This document shows, piece by piece, positions 14,738-23,946 of a stretch of 35,341 bases of DNA. The DNA is from Deltaproteobacteria bacterium (lineage in GTDB: Bacteria > Desulfobacterota > Binatia > Binatales > Binataceae). The notes beneath the pieces were generated by a model. It worked only from the letters and a program-made list of their open reading frames with translations. It was not told the origin of the DNA and did not search any database. Numbering within the stretch: the first letter of the stretch is position 1; every line of letters starts with the position of its first letter. The position numbers and the translations under genes are program-made. The stretch is taken from contig JAJXYM010000350.1 of the NCBI GenBank assembly GCA_021780585.1, positions 1 through 35,341 of the forward strand. Direction: 5' to 3'.

Positions 14738-15658
14738 ATGAAAATACTGGTGATGGGCGCGGGCGCGGTCGGCGCGTACTTCGGCGCGCGCCTGCAACAG
14801 GCCGGCGACGAGGTCGTATTTTGCGCCCGCGGCGCGAATCTCGCGGCGATGCGGGCGCGAGGCCTCGAATTTCAGAGCTATCAGGGCGATTTCAGCCTGC
14901 CGGTGATCGCGACGGACGAGCCGCGCGAGCACGCGCCCTACGATCTCGTGCTGTTTTGCGTCAAATCCTACGATACCGAGGCGGCGGCGCGGCAAATCGT
15001 CGGATGCGTCGCGCCGGACGGCGTGATTCTGACGTTGCAGAACGGCGTCGAGAACGAATATCGGCTGGCGGAAATTTTCGGACGCGGCGCGGTAATGGCG
15101 GGCAACTCGCGCGTCGGAGCGGAGCTGGAGGCGCCCGGCCGCGTCGTCCATCGCACCGGGGGCGCGATCGAATTCGGTGAACTCGAAGGCGGCGAAACCG
15201 CACGCGCGCGGCGGTTGGCGGAGCATTTCCGCGCGGCGGGAATCCTGCAAAGCCTGGTCGCCGACGTGAAGGCGATTCGCTGGGAGAAGCTGCTCTGGAA
15301 CGGCGCCTTCAACACGGTCGCGGCGCTCACCGGATGCAACGTCGGCACGCTTCTCGCCGATCCCGACGCGACCGCGCTGCTGCGCCACCTGATGGAGGAA
15401 ATCGCGGCGGCGGCGCGCGCCGAAGGGGTCGCGCTCGGCGATCGCGACGTCGAGCATCAGATCGCGCGATCGCGCGTCGCGCTCAGCGCCGTGCGCCCTT
15501 CGACGCTGCAGGACCACGAACGCGGCAAACCGCTCGAATACGAGGCGCTATGCGGCGCCGTGGTGCGGACCGCGCGCCGCCACGGAATCGCAACGCCATA
15601 TATGGACGCGGCCTACGCGCTAATGAAGCTGATCGATAAACACGGCCGCGCGACTTGA
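14738..15658 (+). CDS. panE: 2-dehydropantoate 2-reductase (ketopantoate reductase, PanE/ApbA family)
   Basis: 306 aa with an N-terminal Rossmann motif (MKILVMGAGAVGAYFGARL). The conserved family segments LFCVKSYD, TLQNGV and IRWEKLLWNGAFN are present, and the C-terminal ApbA_C region carries STLQD.ERGKPLEYEAL. Confidence 0.85.
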   Translation: MKILVMGAGAVGAYFGARLQQAGDEVVFCARGANLAAMRARGLEFQSYQGDFSLPVIATDEPREHAPYDLVLFCVKSYDTEAAARQIVGCVAPDGVILTLQNGVENEYRLAEIFGRGAVMAGNSRVGAELEAPGRVVHRTGGAIEFGELEGGETARARRLAEHFRAAGILQSLVADVKAIRWEKLLWNGAFNTVAALTGCNVGTLLADPDATALLRHLMEEIAAAARAEGVALGDRDVEHQIARSRVALSAVRPSTLQDHERGKPLEYEALCGAVVRTARRHGIATPYMDAAYALMKLIDKHGRAT

Positions 15659-15758
15659 CCTTGGCCTGTTCCTCGCGCTGGCCGAAGCCGCGCGGATGGT
15701 GCATTATCGCGATCTGCCGGGCGGCGCCGCAGACCGCCGGGGACGGGGGAGCATCGTG

Positions 15759-16667
15759 ATGGCGAGCGTGACGCAGTTGGGATACCTCGGATTGAGCGTG
15801 GCCGACCTCGACGCATGGCGCAAGTTCGCGGCGGAAGTGCTGGGACTGGAGGCGATCGACGGCCCCGGCGGCGCGCTCCTGCTGCGCATGGACGAATACC
15901 ATCATCGTTTCGTGCTCAAGGCTGGAAGCGACGACGACGTGGCCTTCGTCGGCTGGGAGGTCGCGGATCAGCGCGCGCTGGGCGAGTTGGCGGCGCGGCT
16001 GAAAGGCGCGGGCGTCGAGGTCGTCGAGGGTTCGGCGGACGAAGCGCGGCTGCGCGGAGTCGCGGAATTGATCAAGTTCCACGATCCGAGCGGCGTCCCG
16101 ACCGAGGCCTATTACGGCCCGCTGATGAGCTTCGAGCGGCCGTTCAAATCCCCGCGCGCGATCAGCGGCTTCGAAACCGGCACGATGGGCCTCGGCCATA
16201 TCGTCGTGCGCGTGGACGACGCCGCCAAGAGCCTGCATTTTTACCGCGACCTGCTCGGGATGCGGATCAGCGACTTTATCGAGATGCGGATGCGGCGCGG
16301 ACGGCCGACCGACACGCTCAGCCTGACCTTCATGCACTGCAATCCACGCCATCATTCGATCGCCTTCGGCGCGATTCCGGCGCAGAAGCGGCTGATGCAC
16401 TTCATGCTGCAGGTGAAATCGATCGACGACGTTGGCTCGACCTACTATCTGGCGCAAGACCTGGGCATCCCGATCAGCGGCTCGCTCGGGCGGCATACCA
16501 ACGACCACATGATGTCGTTTTACATGCGATCGCCGTCGGGCTTCGAAATCGAGTACGGCTACGGCGCGCGCACGGTCGATGACGCGACGTGGAAAGTCCA
16601 GCGCCACGAGGCGCCCAGCATCTGGGGCCATCGCGGACTCGCGGAGCCGCCGAAATCGCCGGCCTGA
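15759..16667 (+). CDS. Type I extradiol ring-cleavage dioxygenase (VOC superfamily; BphC/HsaC-like 2,3-dihydroxybiphenyl 1,2-dioxygenase family)
   Basis: MASVTQLGYLGLSVADLDAWRKF... with the metal-ligand pattern GLGHIVV (His), HCNPRHHSIAF (His) and GFEIEYGYG (Glu). About 302 aa from ATG 15759, which has SD GGGGGAG 7 nt upstream. The track start at 15696 is probably too early. Confidence 0.9.
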   Translation: MASVTQLGYLGLSVADLDAWRKFAAEVLGLEAIDGPGGALLLRMDEYHHRFVLKAGSDDDVAFVGWEVADQRALGELAARLKGAGVEVVEGSADEARLRGVAELIKFHDPSGVPTEAYYGPLMSFERPFKSPRAISGFETGTMGLGHIVVRVDDAAKSLHFYRDLLGMRISDFIEMRMRRGRPTDTLSLTFMHCNPRHHSIAFGAIPAQKRLMHFMLQVKSIDDVGSTYYLAQDLGIPISGSLGRHTNDHMMSFYMRSPSGFEIEYGYGARTVDDATWKVQRHEAPSIWGHRGLAEPPKSPA

Positions 16668-16693
16668 CGCGACGGCGGAACGCGCGCGTCAGG
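16663..16693. terminator. Hairpin between convergent genes (possible bidirectional terminator)
   Basis: CCTGACGCG (16663-16671) pairs perfectly with CGCGTCAGG (16685-16693) across a 13-nt loop. The two arms contain the stop codons of the dioxygenase (TGA 16665-16667) and of pth (16689-16691). There are no U-tracts. Confidence 0.35.
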
Positions 16694-17339
16694 CGCGCTG
16701 GTTGAAACGGTTCATCGCCCGTTCGAGTCCTTCGCGAATCACCGTCAGCGCGGCCTCGCCGGCGCGTTCGAGGGCCGCTTCGAAGACCGCCAGCTCCTCG
16801 CGGCCAAGCGGCCGCAACACGAAATCGACGTCGCCTTCGGGGCCCTCGGGATGGCCGATTCCGACACGCACGCGCGTGAACTCCTTGCCGATCGCGCCGG
16901 CGATCGAGCGCACTCCGCGATTACCCGCGTCGCCGCCGCCGCGCTTGACCCGCAATTGACCGCCCGGCAGGTCCATCTCGTCGTGAATCACGATTATTCG
17001 TTCGGGCGGGATACGGAAAAAGCCGGCGATTCCGGCGACGCATTCGCCGCTGCGATTGTAGAAGGTCTCGGGCTTGACCAGCATCAGGAGGAAGCCATCC
17101 TCGCGCGCTTCCGCGTAATTGCCGTTGAACTTGCGGCGCGCGAAATCGGCGCCGCGCGCGGCCGCCATCCGCTCGACCGTCATGAAGCCGGCGTTATGGC
17201 GGGAGCGGTGGTATTGTTCGCCGGGATTACCGAGTCCGACCACCATCCAGCGCGGCGTCGCGAGGTCGCTTCCGGCATCCTCCGTGGCGGCGGCGCGGGC
17301 CGGACGGAACCTGTCGAACATGCGCCCGATGCGGCCCAT
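16689..17339 (-). CDS. pth: Peptidyl-tRNA hydrolase
   Basis: Pth signatures are present: VVGLGNPGEQYHRSRHNAGF (catalytic His), VKPETFYNRSG, IIVIHDEMDLPGGQLRVK and VRVGIGHP. ATG 17339 overlaps the hisC stop by 1 nt (TGATG). The alternative start ATG 17246 would remove a ~31-aa N-terminal extension. Confidence 0.9.
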   Translation of the reverse strand: MGRIGRMFDRFRPARAAATEDAGSDLATPRWMVVGLGNPGEQYHRSRHNAGFMTVERMAAARGADFARRKFNGNYAEAREDGFLLMLVKPETFYNRSGECVAGIAGFFRIPPERIIVIHDEMDLPGGQLRVKRGGGDAGNRGVRSIAGAIGKEFTRVRVGIGHPEGPEGDVDFVLRPLGREELAVFEAALERAGEAALTVIREGLERAMNRFNQRA

Positions 17340-18427
17340 CAGTCCGATCGGCGCCCGCGTGCGATTCGCCCCGGCGCGGCGTCGCCAACCAGCGGCGCCA
17401 GGGCCTTGAACAACGCGCGCATTTCGGCCGGCGCTCCGATCGAGATGCGCAGGGCGTCACGGAAAACCGACTTCGGAAAATGCCGCACGAGGATTCCGCG
17501 CCGGCGCAGCGCCGCCGCCACCGGCGCCATGTCGCGTCCCGGAAGGCGCGCGAGCAGAAAATTCGACGCCGACTCGGGCACTGTGAAACCCATCGCGCGC
17601 AGGCGCATGGCCGCCTCGGTGCGGGTGTGAATGACCCGCTCGACATTGCGGCGCATCCAGGCGGAATCGTCGAGCGCGGCGGCTCCGGCGGCCACGGCGA
17701 CCCTATTCAGATTGTATGAATCCTTAACTTTCAGTAGCGACTCGATAATGTCCGGATGCGCGAACAGCAGCCCAAGGCGCATCCCGGCCAGCGAATACGA
17801 CTTCGACAACGTGCGCATCACCACCACGTTGCGATGGCGGCGCGCGAGCTGGAGCGCGTTGGACCCGGCGAAATCGACGTAGGCCTCGTCGATCGCGAGC
17901 AGTCGTCCCGCGAGCTTGCGGGCCAGCGCGTCAAGCCCGGCGGCGGGCGCAAGCGTCCCGCAGGGGGAATTCGGACTGCAGACAATCGTGAGGTTCGCGG
18001 CCTCCCGCCCCAACGCCTCGAGCGGCGGGGCGTAATTATCGCCGAGCGGAATCGCGACGACGCGCGCCTCCTGGATTTCCGCAAGCGTATCGTAGAGCGA
18101 ATAGGTCGGCATCGCGTAGGCGACGCGATCGCCCAGGCCAAGCGCCGCGCGAAAGAGCATCGCGAGCAGTTCGTCCGAACCGTTGCCGGCGAGAATCATG
18201 CCGCGCGGAAATTTGTACAGGCGCGCCGCCGCCGCCACGAAGGCGTCCGCGCGGGGCGGCGGATAGAGCCGCAGCGCGGCGTTGGCCTCGGCAAGGATCG
18301 CGCGCCGGACCCGCGGCGACGGCGGATAGGGATTTTCGTTGGTGTTGAGCTTGATCAGGCGCTGGCCCGGACGCGGCTGTTCGCCCGGCGTATACGGCGC
18401 CATCCGTTCAATTGCTGCGCGAAACAT
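17339..18427 (-). CDS. hisC: Histidinol-phosphate aminotransferase (class II PLP aminotransferase)
   Basis: MFRAAIERMAPYTPGEQ...IKLNTNENPYPPSP...GNGSDELL...CSPNSPCG...IDEAYVDF...RTLSKSYSLAGMRLG, with the PLP lysine in SKS. The start is set at ATG 18427. The 102 codons upstream in the track ORF are Arg/Gly/Ala-rich and overlap cutA. Confidence 0.88.
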   Translation of the reverse strand: MFRAAIERMAPYTPGEQPRPGQRLIKLNTNENPYPPSPRVRRAILAEANAALRLYPPPRADAFVAAAARLYKFPRGMILAGNGSDELLAMLFRAALGLGDRVAYAMPTYSLYDTLAEIQEARVVAIPLGDNYAPPLEALGREAANLTIVCSPNSPCGTLAPAAGLDALARKLAGRLLAIDEAYVDFAGSNALQLARRHRNVVVMRTLSKSYSLAGMRLGLLFAHPDIIESLLKVKDSYNLNRVAVAAGAAALDDSAWMRRNVERVIHTRTEAAMRLRAMGFTVPESASNFLLARLPGRDMAPVAAALRRRGILVRHFPKSVFRDALRISIGAPAEMRALFKALAPLVGDAAPGRIARGRRSD

Positions 18428-18438
18428 CGGCTGATCTT

Positions 18439-18876
18439 TTACCTGTTGCGGCCGCTTCGCGCGAGCCGCGCGCGGCGCGCGCCAGCCGGGCGCGGGGGCG
18501 CGGCGGGCTCGGCGACCATCTCCGTGAGCCACTGAAGATAGGGCGGCGAACCTTCCGCGATCGGCAGCGCGACCACCTCCGGCGTCTCGTAACTGTGCAG
18601 TTCGCGGACCCGCCGCTCGAGCGCGGCGAAGCGCGCCGCGGTCGTCTTGATCAACAGGAGCCATTCGCGATCGTCCTCGATCGCCTCGCGCCAGCGATAG
18701 ATCGAACGCACGCCGGCCACCAGATTGACGCACGCGGCGAGCCGTTCCGCGACCAGCGCCCGCGCGATCGCAAGCGCCTGATCCTCGCTGGCCGCGGTCA
18801 CCAGCGCGAGCCGCGGTTCGGCCGCGTTCTTGCCATTGGGGCGTTCGCGCGCGACACGCCCGCTGCCGTTGGCCAT
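18439..18876 (-). CDS. cutA: Divalent-cation tolerance protein CutA
   Basis: LVTAASEDQALAIARALVAERLAACVNLVAGVRSIYRWREAIEDDREWLLLIKTTAARFAALERRVRELHSYETPEVVALPI matches the CutA1 fold pattern. The start at ATG 18876 is preceded by GGAGGAGG 6 nt upstream and lies 15 nt after the asmA-like stop. Confidence 0.85.
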   Translation of the reverse strand: MANGSGRVARERPNGKNAAEPRLALVTAASEDQALAIARALVAERLAACVNLVAGVRSIYRWREAIEDDREWLLLIKTTAARFAALERRVRELHSYETPEVVALPIAEGSPPYLQWLTEMVAEPAAPPRPAGARRARLARSGRNR

Positions 18877-18890
18877 CAGCCGCCTCCTCC

Positions 18891-21800
18891 TCAGGGCTTG
18901 ATCGTATTCGGAACGATAATGTTGATCGGCATGCTCAGCGTCTTGGCGAGAAATTCCGCCACGGACGTGATCGGCTGCGGCACGACGGTGGGATCGCTGA
19001 CGGGGCCGTACACGCGAAAATAGGCCGCGACCAGTCCCTTGCTGCCGGCCGCGAGATTCCAGCCGATTATCGGAATATGGCTGACCAGCCAATTGAACGT
19101 GTCGAACGGGATCATCGCGAACTCCATGTTCATCGTGCCGTTGCCGACATTGACCGCCCCGCTCGCCGCGATCTCCATCACGGGACCGCGCAGTTTGAAG
19201 TTGTTGGTCTCGAATATGCCGTTCGCGCCCGCGGCGTCGCAGCTCAGTTTCGTGAATGGAATTCCCGCGACGGCCGGGTCGGGCAGGCGCGCGGTCAGCC
19301 AGTTTTTCAGGTCGATAAAGCTGAGTATCCGGCTGACCAGGGCGAAGCGATTGAGCGTGCCGTTGGTCGCCTCGAACCCGATCTTGCCGCGCATCGAGGA
19401 AAAGAAATCAAGGTCGGTGTTGGCCCACAGATCGATCGTCGCGCCGATCGTGCCGGCGATCGGCGGGTTGCGATTACCCGTCAGCATGAAGATGCGCGCC
19501 GCGTTCATCGCGGCCCCGCGGCCCACGATATGAATCCAGTTATCGGCCGTGCTGAGGCCGGAAATCTTGAGCCGCGCGCGCCCGCCAAGCGCCTCGGTGG
19601 TGAAATTGTAGACGCGCCATCGGCCGCCGCCCCGTTCGAAATCGGTGGTAACGTTGGTCAGGTCGAGTTTGCCGAAGGCGGCGCGATTCGCCTTCAAATG
19701 GCCGCCGACCGGAACCGGGAAAACCGTCACCTCGGTTTTCGGCGACCACGGCATCCGGATAAATTTCAGCACTTCGAAATCGATCGCCTGCGCGTTGGCG
19801 TCGATTTGGATTCGCGGATGGGCGAGGTCGGCGATCCGCATCTTCAAATCGAGCGGCGCGCCTTCGAGTTTCGCGCCGGGCGCGTTCAGGTCGAGGCCGG
19901 TTCCGTCGAGCGCGAGCGTCGCCGAGTCGATCGCGATCGGCGATCGCATGAAGCCGAACTGCAGTTCGCCGGCGCTCATCGTGAGCTTGCCGGTCACCAC
20001 CGGCGCGCCGCCCTTCGCCGGATCGCTGTTGGCGACGATTCGGCCGCCGACGGCGCCGCGCGCGCTCAATTGCTTTTGGTCGACGATTAGCGGCAGCCAG
20101 CGTTCGGCGCGCAACTCATGCGCTTCGACCACGAAATCGCTGAACCGCGGCACGGGCGCGGCCGGCGCGATCGTTCCCGTCAGCATCACGTTGCCGCTGG
20201 CCGGGACGGCGGCCGCGGCGATCAGCCGATCGATCCGAAGCTCGCCGGGGCGCGCGTTAATCGCGCCGCCGCTCAGCGCGATTTCGGTGGGCGCTCCGCG
20301 AAGCTTGAATTGCAGCCGCCGCGGCGTGACTGTAAGCGCATATTCAGCCGGCGCGCTCAATTTGCCCGCGACCATCCGGCCGGCGGCGCTGCCGTTGAAA
20401 ATCGCCGCGCCAATTGCGCCCTGCAGCCGGTCCGCGACCGCCGGCGCCAATTCGGCGAGCAGCGGCGCGGCGGCCGCGTAAAGTTCCCCCGCGTCGATTT
20501 CTCCACGCCCCTTGATCCGGTATGGAATCTCGCGCGGAGCGTCGCGCAGGTCGGCGTCGGCGCTGACGCCGGTCACGCTCGACTGACCGAGATTGCCGGC
20601 GCCGCGCGTCATCGCGAGTTTTTCGCGCGCGTAGGCCAGTTCCGCCGCAAGGCGCCGGATCGGCGGCAGGCGGGAGCCGGCGGGCGGGTCGAAACCGGCG
20701 CCGCCAAGCGTGGCGTTGAGTGTGAGGTTGTCGCGCAGCGTCGCCGCCGTCCAATTCCGCAGCGGAGCGGAGGGCGCGGCCGAAGCCTCGGTCACCTTGA
20801 CCTGCCCCGACTGGACGCCCGCCAGGGCGTCATTGAGCCAGCCCGGAAGCGCGCGCACCTGGCGGAGACTCGCGGCCACGTCCGCGAGCGCGAAGGCCGC
20901 GCCGGTCAGATTGAACTTCAGCGTGCGGTCGGCGTCGTAAGGCGCGTCGATTTCCGCGCCGCCTTCGACCACGCTGGTCTGCCCGCGGCTGATGGTGACA
21001 TCGCTCAAGCGGAGCCGCGCGACGTCGGCGGAGTAGCTCGCGTGCAGGGCGCAATCGCCCAGCTTAACCGGCGCGGTCAGCGGCTGGCCCAAAATCGCCA
21101 GGTTCGCGAACTCCGCGTCGGCCAGGCCGCCGATCTCGCCGTCGCGCCGCATCGCGAAACGAATCGCGCCGGCAACCACACCCGCGGCCTTGAAGCCGCC
21201 GGGTCCGTTAAAGCCGCCTAGATCGAGTCCACTGAAACTCACCCGGCCCGCCGAAATAAGATCGCCGTCGCGGTCCGGCTCGACGCCGAGCCGGACTTCC
21301 CCGGCCAGCGCCAATCCGTTCAGCGGCGCGTGCGCCCAATGCGCGTCGAAGGTGATCAGCCACGGCCACTGGCCGGGGCGGCGATGCTCCTTATGGGCGA
21401 CGACGCTGAAACGCTCCACCAGCGGCGCGAGATCGACGTCCCGCAATTGCGCGTCGTTCACCTCAACGCGATAGGTGACATCCTCAACCGCGTCGAGCGC
21501 CGCGAGCAGATTGTCCGCCGCCTGCGGATCGGGCCGGGGGAGACCCTTGGGAGTAACGCCGGCCGCGCTCGCCGGCATCCGCACCACCGGTCGGTCGAGC
21601 GCGAGCGAATGGAGCGGCAAGCCGCTGCCGACGATAATCGCGTGATAATTGACGACCGCGCGCAGGTCGTCGAGAGTCGCCACCTGATGGCCGTGGTAAA
21701 GGACCGTGGGCCGCTCGAGCAGGATATTGAGATGGCCGCCGAAGCGCACGCCGGTATGGGCGGGGCGGATTTCGAGTCCGGTTCCGGCGGAAATCCGCGC

Positions 21801-21911
21801 GAGCACCAGGCCGACGATTCGCGCCTGGTTGCGCAACGCAACCTCGACCGCGACCCCCGCCAGAATCACGACGACCAGTACGCCGGCCAGCAGTACGCGC
21901 AGTAATCTCAT
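18891..21911 (-). CDS. AsmA family / YhdP-like large envelope protein (N-terminal TM anchor, AsmA-like C-terminal domain)
   Basis: 1006 aa with an N-terminal anchor (MRLLRVLLAGVLVVVILAGVAV) and a long beta-rich repetitive body. The C-terminal region is typical of AsmA_2/DUF3971-type proteins (IPFTKLSCDAAGANGIFETNNFKLRGPVMEIAASGAVNVGNGTMNMEFAMIPF...GPVSDPTV). Confidence 0.85.
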   Translation of the reverse strand: MRLLRVLLAGVLVVVILAGVAVEVALRNQARIVGLVLARISAGTGLEIRPAHTGVRFGGHLNILLERPTVLYHGHQVATLDDLRAVVNYHAIIVGSGLPLHSLALDRPVVRMPASAAGVTPKGLPRPDPQAADNLLAALDAVEDVTYRVEVNDAQLRDVDLAPLVERFSVVAHKEHRRPGQWPWLITFDAHWAHAPLNGLALAGEVRLGVEPDRDGDLISAGRVSFSGLDLGGFNGPGGFKAAGVVAGAIRFAMRRDGEIGGLADAEFANLAILGQPLTAPVKLGDCALHASYSADVARLRLSDVTISRGQTSVVEGGAEIDAPYDADRTLKFNLTGAAFALADVAASLRQVRALPGWLNDALAGVQSGQVKVTEASAAPSAPLRNWTAATLRDNLTLNATLGGAGFDPPAGSRLPPIRRLAAELAYAREKLAMTRGAGNLGQSSVTGVSADADLRDAPREIPYRIKGRGEIDAGELYAAAAPLLAELAPAVADRLQGAIGAAIFNGSAAGRMVAGKLSAPAEYALTVTPRRLQFKLRGAPTEIALSGGAINARPGELRIDRLIAAAAVPASGNVMLTGTIAPAAPVPRFSDFVVEAHELRAERWLPLIVDQKQLSARGAVGGRIVANSDPAKGGAPVVTGKLTMSAGELQFGFMRSPIAIDSATLALDGTGLDLNAPGAKLEGAPLDLKMRIADLAHPRIQIDANAQAIDFEVLKFIRMPWSPKTEVTVFPVPVGGHLKANRAAFGKLDLTNVTTDFERGGGRWRVYNFTTEALGGRARLKISGLSTADNWIHIVGRGAAMNAARIFMLTGNRNPPIAGTIGATIDLWANTDLDFFSSMRGKIGFEATNGTLNRFALVSRILSFIDLKNWLTARLPDPAVAGIPFTKLSCDAAGANGIFETNNFKLRGPVMEIAASGAVNVGNGTMNMEFAMIPFDTFNWLVSHIPIIGWNLAAGSKGLVAAYFRVYGPVSDPTVVPQPITSVAEFLAKTLSMPINIIVPNTIKP

Positions 21912-21977
21912 CGGACCTGAAGCGGCTCGAATTTTCCGCCGCGCGGCGGAGGATTACAATTGCGTCGGAACGGCGGC

Positions 21978-23825
21978 TCAGTTGGCGCCGGCGGCTCCGG
22001 ACTCGGCGGCGTCGGACCAGGCCGCGCGATGCTTGCCGCGGAGCGCGGTCTTCAGCACCCGATTGCGCATCCGGACCGAGCGCGGCGTGAGCTCGACCAG
22101 CTCTTCCTCGTCAATCCATTCCAGCGCCGTGTCGAGCGTCATCACGCGCGGCGGAGTGAGGCGAATCGCCTCGTCATGGCCGGCCGCGCGGATATTGGTC
22201 AGTTTTTTCTCGCGGCAGACGTTCACCGGCAGATTGGTCTCGCGCGAATATTCGCCGAGGATCATGCCCTCGTATACCGGATCGCCCGCGCCGATAAAGA
22301 ATCGGCCGCGCTCCTGCAGATGGAAGATCGCGTAGCCGGTCGCGACGCCCTCGCGATCGGAAATCATCGCGCCGTTCTGGCGCGAACGAATCGTGCCGCA
22401 CCATGGCCCGTAGCCGTTGAAAATCGTATGCATCACGCCCAGGCCACGGGTCTCGGCCAGGAACCGGCCGCGAAAGCCGATCAAGCCGCGCGCCGGCACG
22501 TCGTATTCGAGCCGCACCCGGCCGCTCGCATGCGTCTCCATCGTGCGCATCCGCCCCTTGCGCGCCGACAGCAGTTGCGTGACCGTGCCGATATAGTCCT
22601 CGGGGATATCGCAGACGACGAACTCCATCGGCTCGAGCAGCGCGCCATTTTCCTCGCGCGTCAGCACCGTCGGCTTCGACACCTGGAGTTCGTAGCCCTC
22701 GCGCCGCATCGTTTCCAGGATTACGGCCAAGGCCAGTTCGCCGCGCCCCATCACGCGCCACGCCTCGGCGCTGGTCTGCTCGACGCGCACGCTCACGTTG
22801 CGGCGCGATTCGAACAGGATCCGCTCGCCCAGCTTGCGCGAGGTGACGAATTCGCCCTCGCGTCCGGCCCACGGCGAGTTGTTGACCGAAAACGTCATCG
22901 CCACGGTCGGCTCGTCGACGCGGATACCGGGCAGCGGGCGCGGCTCTTCAAGATCCGCGACGGTGTCGCCAATTTCGATATCGTCGCTGCCCGCGGCCAT
23001 CACGATATCGCCGGCGCGGGCCTCGTCGCGTTCGACCCGCTTCAGCCCCTGCCATCCGTAGAGCCGCGTTATCTTGCATACCGCGCGCGTGCCGTCGGGA
23101 CGGCAGAGCGAATAATTTTCGCCGACCTTGAGCGCGCCCGCGACGATCCTGCCAATCGCCAGCCGGCCGACATAATCGTCGTAATCGAGATTGTTGACCT
23201 GGAACTGGACCGAGGCGTCGGGATCGACCTCGGGACCCGGCAGTTGCGTCAGGATCGCTTCGAACAACGGCCGCAGGTCGCTTCCCGGCTGGTCCAGCCG
23301 GGTGGTCGCCGTACCGGCGCGTCCATTGGTGTAGACCACCGGAAAATCGATCTGGTCCTCGTTCGCGCCCAGATCGATAAACAAATCGTAGACTTCGTCG
23401 AGCACTTCGGCCGGCCGCGCGTCCGCGCGATCGATCTTGTTGACGCAGACCACCGCCGGCAGCTTCGCCTCGAGCGCCTTTTTCAGCACAAAGCGAGTTT
23501 GCGGCAAGGGACCTTCGCAGGCGTCGACCAGCAGCAACACGCCATCGACCATCGACAGCGTCCGCTCGACCTCGCCGCCGAAATCCGAATGCCCGGGGGT
23601 GTCGACGATATTGATGCGCGTCGCGCCCCAGGTGATCGAGGTGTTTTTGGCCATGATCGTGATGCCGCGTTCGCGCTCGAGCGCGTTCGAGTCCATCACG
23701 CGGTCGACCACCTGCTCATTGGCGCGGAAGACGCCGGATTGGCGCAACAGCGCGTCCACCAGCGTCGTCTTGCCGTGATCGACGTGCGCCACGATCGCGA
23801 GATTTCGAATGTCCTGCCGTCGCAT
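21978..23825 (-). CDS. typA: Translational GTPase TypA/BipA
   Basis: [27 protein letters not shown]...[13 protein letters not shown]...[17 protein letters not shown]...VNKIDR carries the G1-G4 motifs, followed by a TypA-specific C-terminal domain. The start is set at ATG 23825. The track ORF adds 18 unsupported codons. Confidence 0.95.
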   Translation of the reverse strand: MRRQDIRNLAIVAHVDHGKTTLVDALLRQSGVFRANEQVVDRVMDSNALERERGITIMAKNTSITWGATRINIVDTPGHSDFGGEVERTLSMVDGVLLLVDACEGPLPQTRFVLKKALEAKLPAVVCVNKIDRADARPAEVLDEVYDLFIDLGANEDQIDFPVVYTNGRAGTATTRLDQPGSDLRPLFEAILTQLPGPEVDPDASVQFQVNNLDYDDYVGRLAIGRIVAGALKVGENYSLCRPDGTRAVCKITRLYGWQGLKRVERDEARAGDIVMAAGSDDIEIGDTVADLEEPRPLPGIRVDEPTVAMTFSVNNSPWAGREGEFVTSRKLGERILFESRRNVSVRVEQTSAEAWRVMGRGELALAVILETMRREGYELQVSKPTVLTREENGALLEPMEFVVCDIPEDYIGTVTQLLSARKGRMRTMETHASGRVRLEYDVPARGLIGFRGRFLAETRGLGVMHTIFNGYGPWCGTIRSRQNGAMISDREGVATGYAIFHLQERGRFFIGAGDPVYEGMILGEYSRETNLPVNVCREKKLTNIRAAGHDEAIRLTPPRVMTLDTALEWIDEEELVELTPRSVRMRNRVLKTALRGKHRAAWSDAAESGAAGAN

Positions 23826-23946
23826 ATTGCGCTTAATACTAATGCGCGGCCGAGACGCTCCCGTCTCCCGACCGCGCACTATTCAGTTTACCGGTGACCG
23901 CGGGCGGAGTAAACGCACCCCGCCGCGGCCCTGCCGGCGCTGGCGG

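Noticed and set aside
11858-16631. Long ORFs 11858-13366 (+), 13396-14604 (-), 14696-15517 (-) and 15483-16631 (-)
   Set aside because: Each is the mirror frame of a confidently identified enzyme gene (D-aminoacylase, amidohydrolase_2, PanE, extradiol dioxygenase). None has family motifs or a credible RBS.
18428-18733. N-terminal extensions proposed by the track for hisC (102 aa), yqeY (63 aa, 3856-4044), cutA (72 aa, 18877-19092), the DUF2939-like gene (61 aa, 24541-24723) and typA (18 aa)
   Set aside because: The extensions are Arg/Gly-rich, overlap neighbouring genes or intergenic hairpins, and precede internal ATGs. Those internal ATGs restore the family-typical N-terminus, several with good SD sequences.
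19077-21221. Plus-strand ORFs of 337 and 367 aa inside the asmA-like gene region, and the 572-aa ORF 25447-27165 opposite tal-pgi
   Set aside because: They are antisense to long genes with clear family features. Their Arg/Gly/Ala-rich composition is characteristic of non-coding frames in GC-rich DNA.
21935-21950. 16-nt perfect palindrome TCCGCCGCGCGGCGGA between typA and the asmA-like gene, considered as a terminator
   Set aside because: On the transcribed (minus) strand it is followed by AAAUUCG rather than a U-tract. It is only a 6-bp stem with a 4-nt loop, and the genes are likely co-transcribed. This is insufficient for a terminator call.
21960-23897. 645-aa plus-strand ORF
   Set aside because: It is antisense to typA/bipA, which carries all GTPase motifs. 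Its composition is dominated by R/A/D/H and it has no motifs. It is a high-GC antisense artefact.
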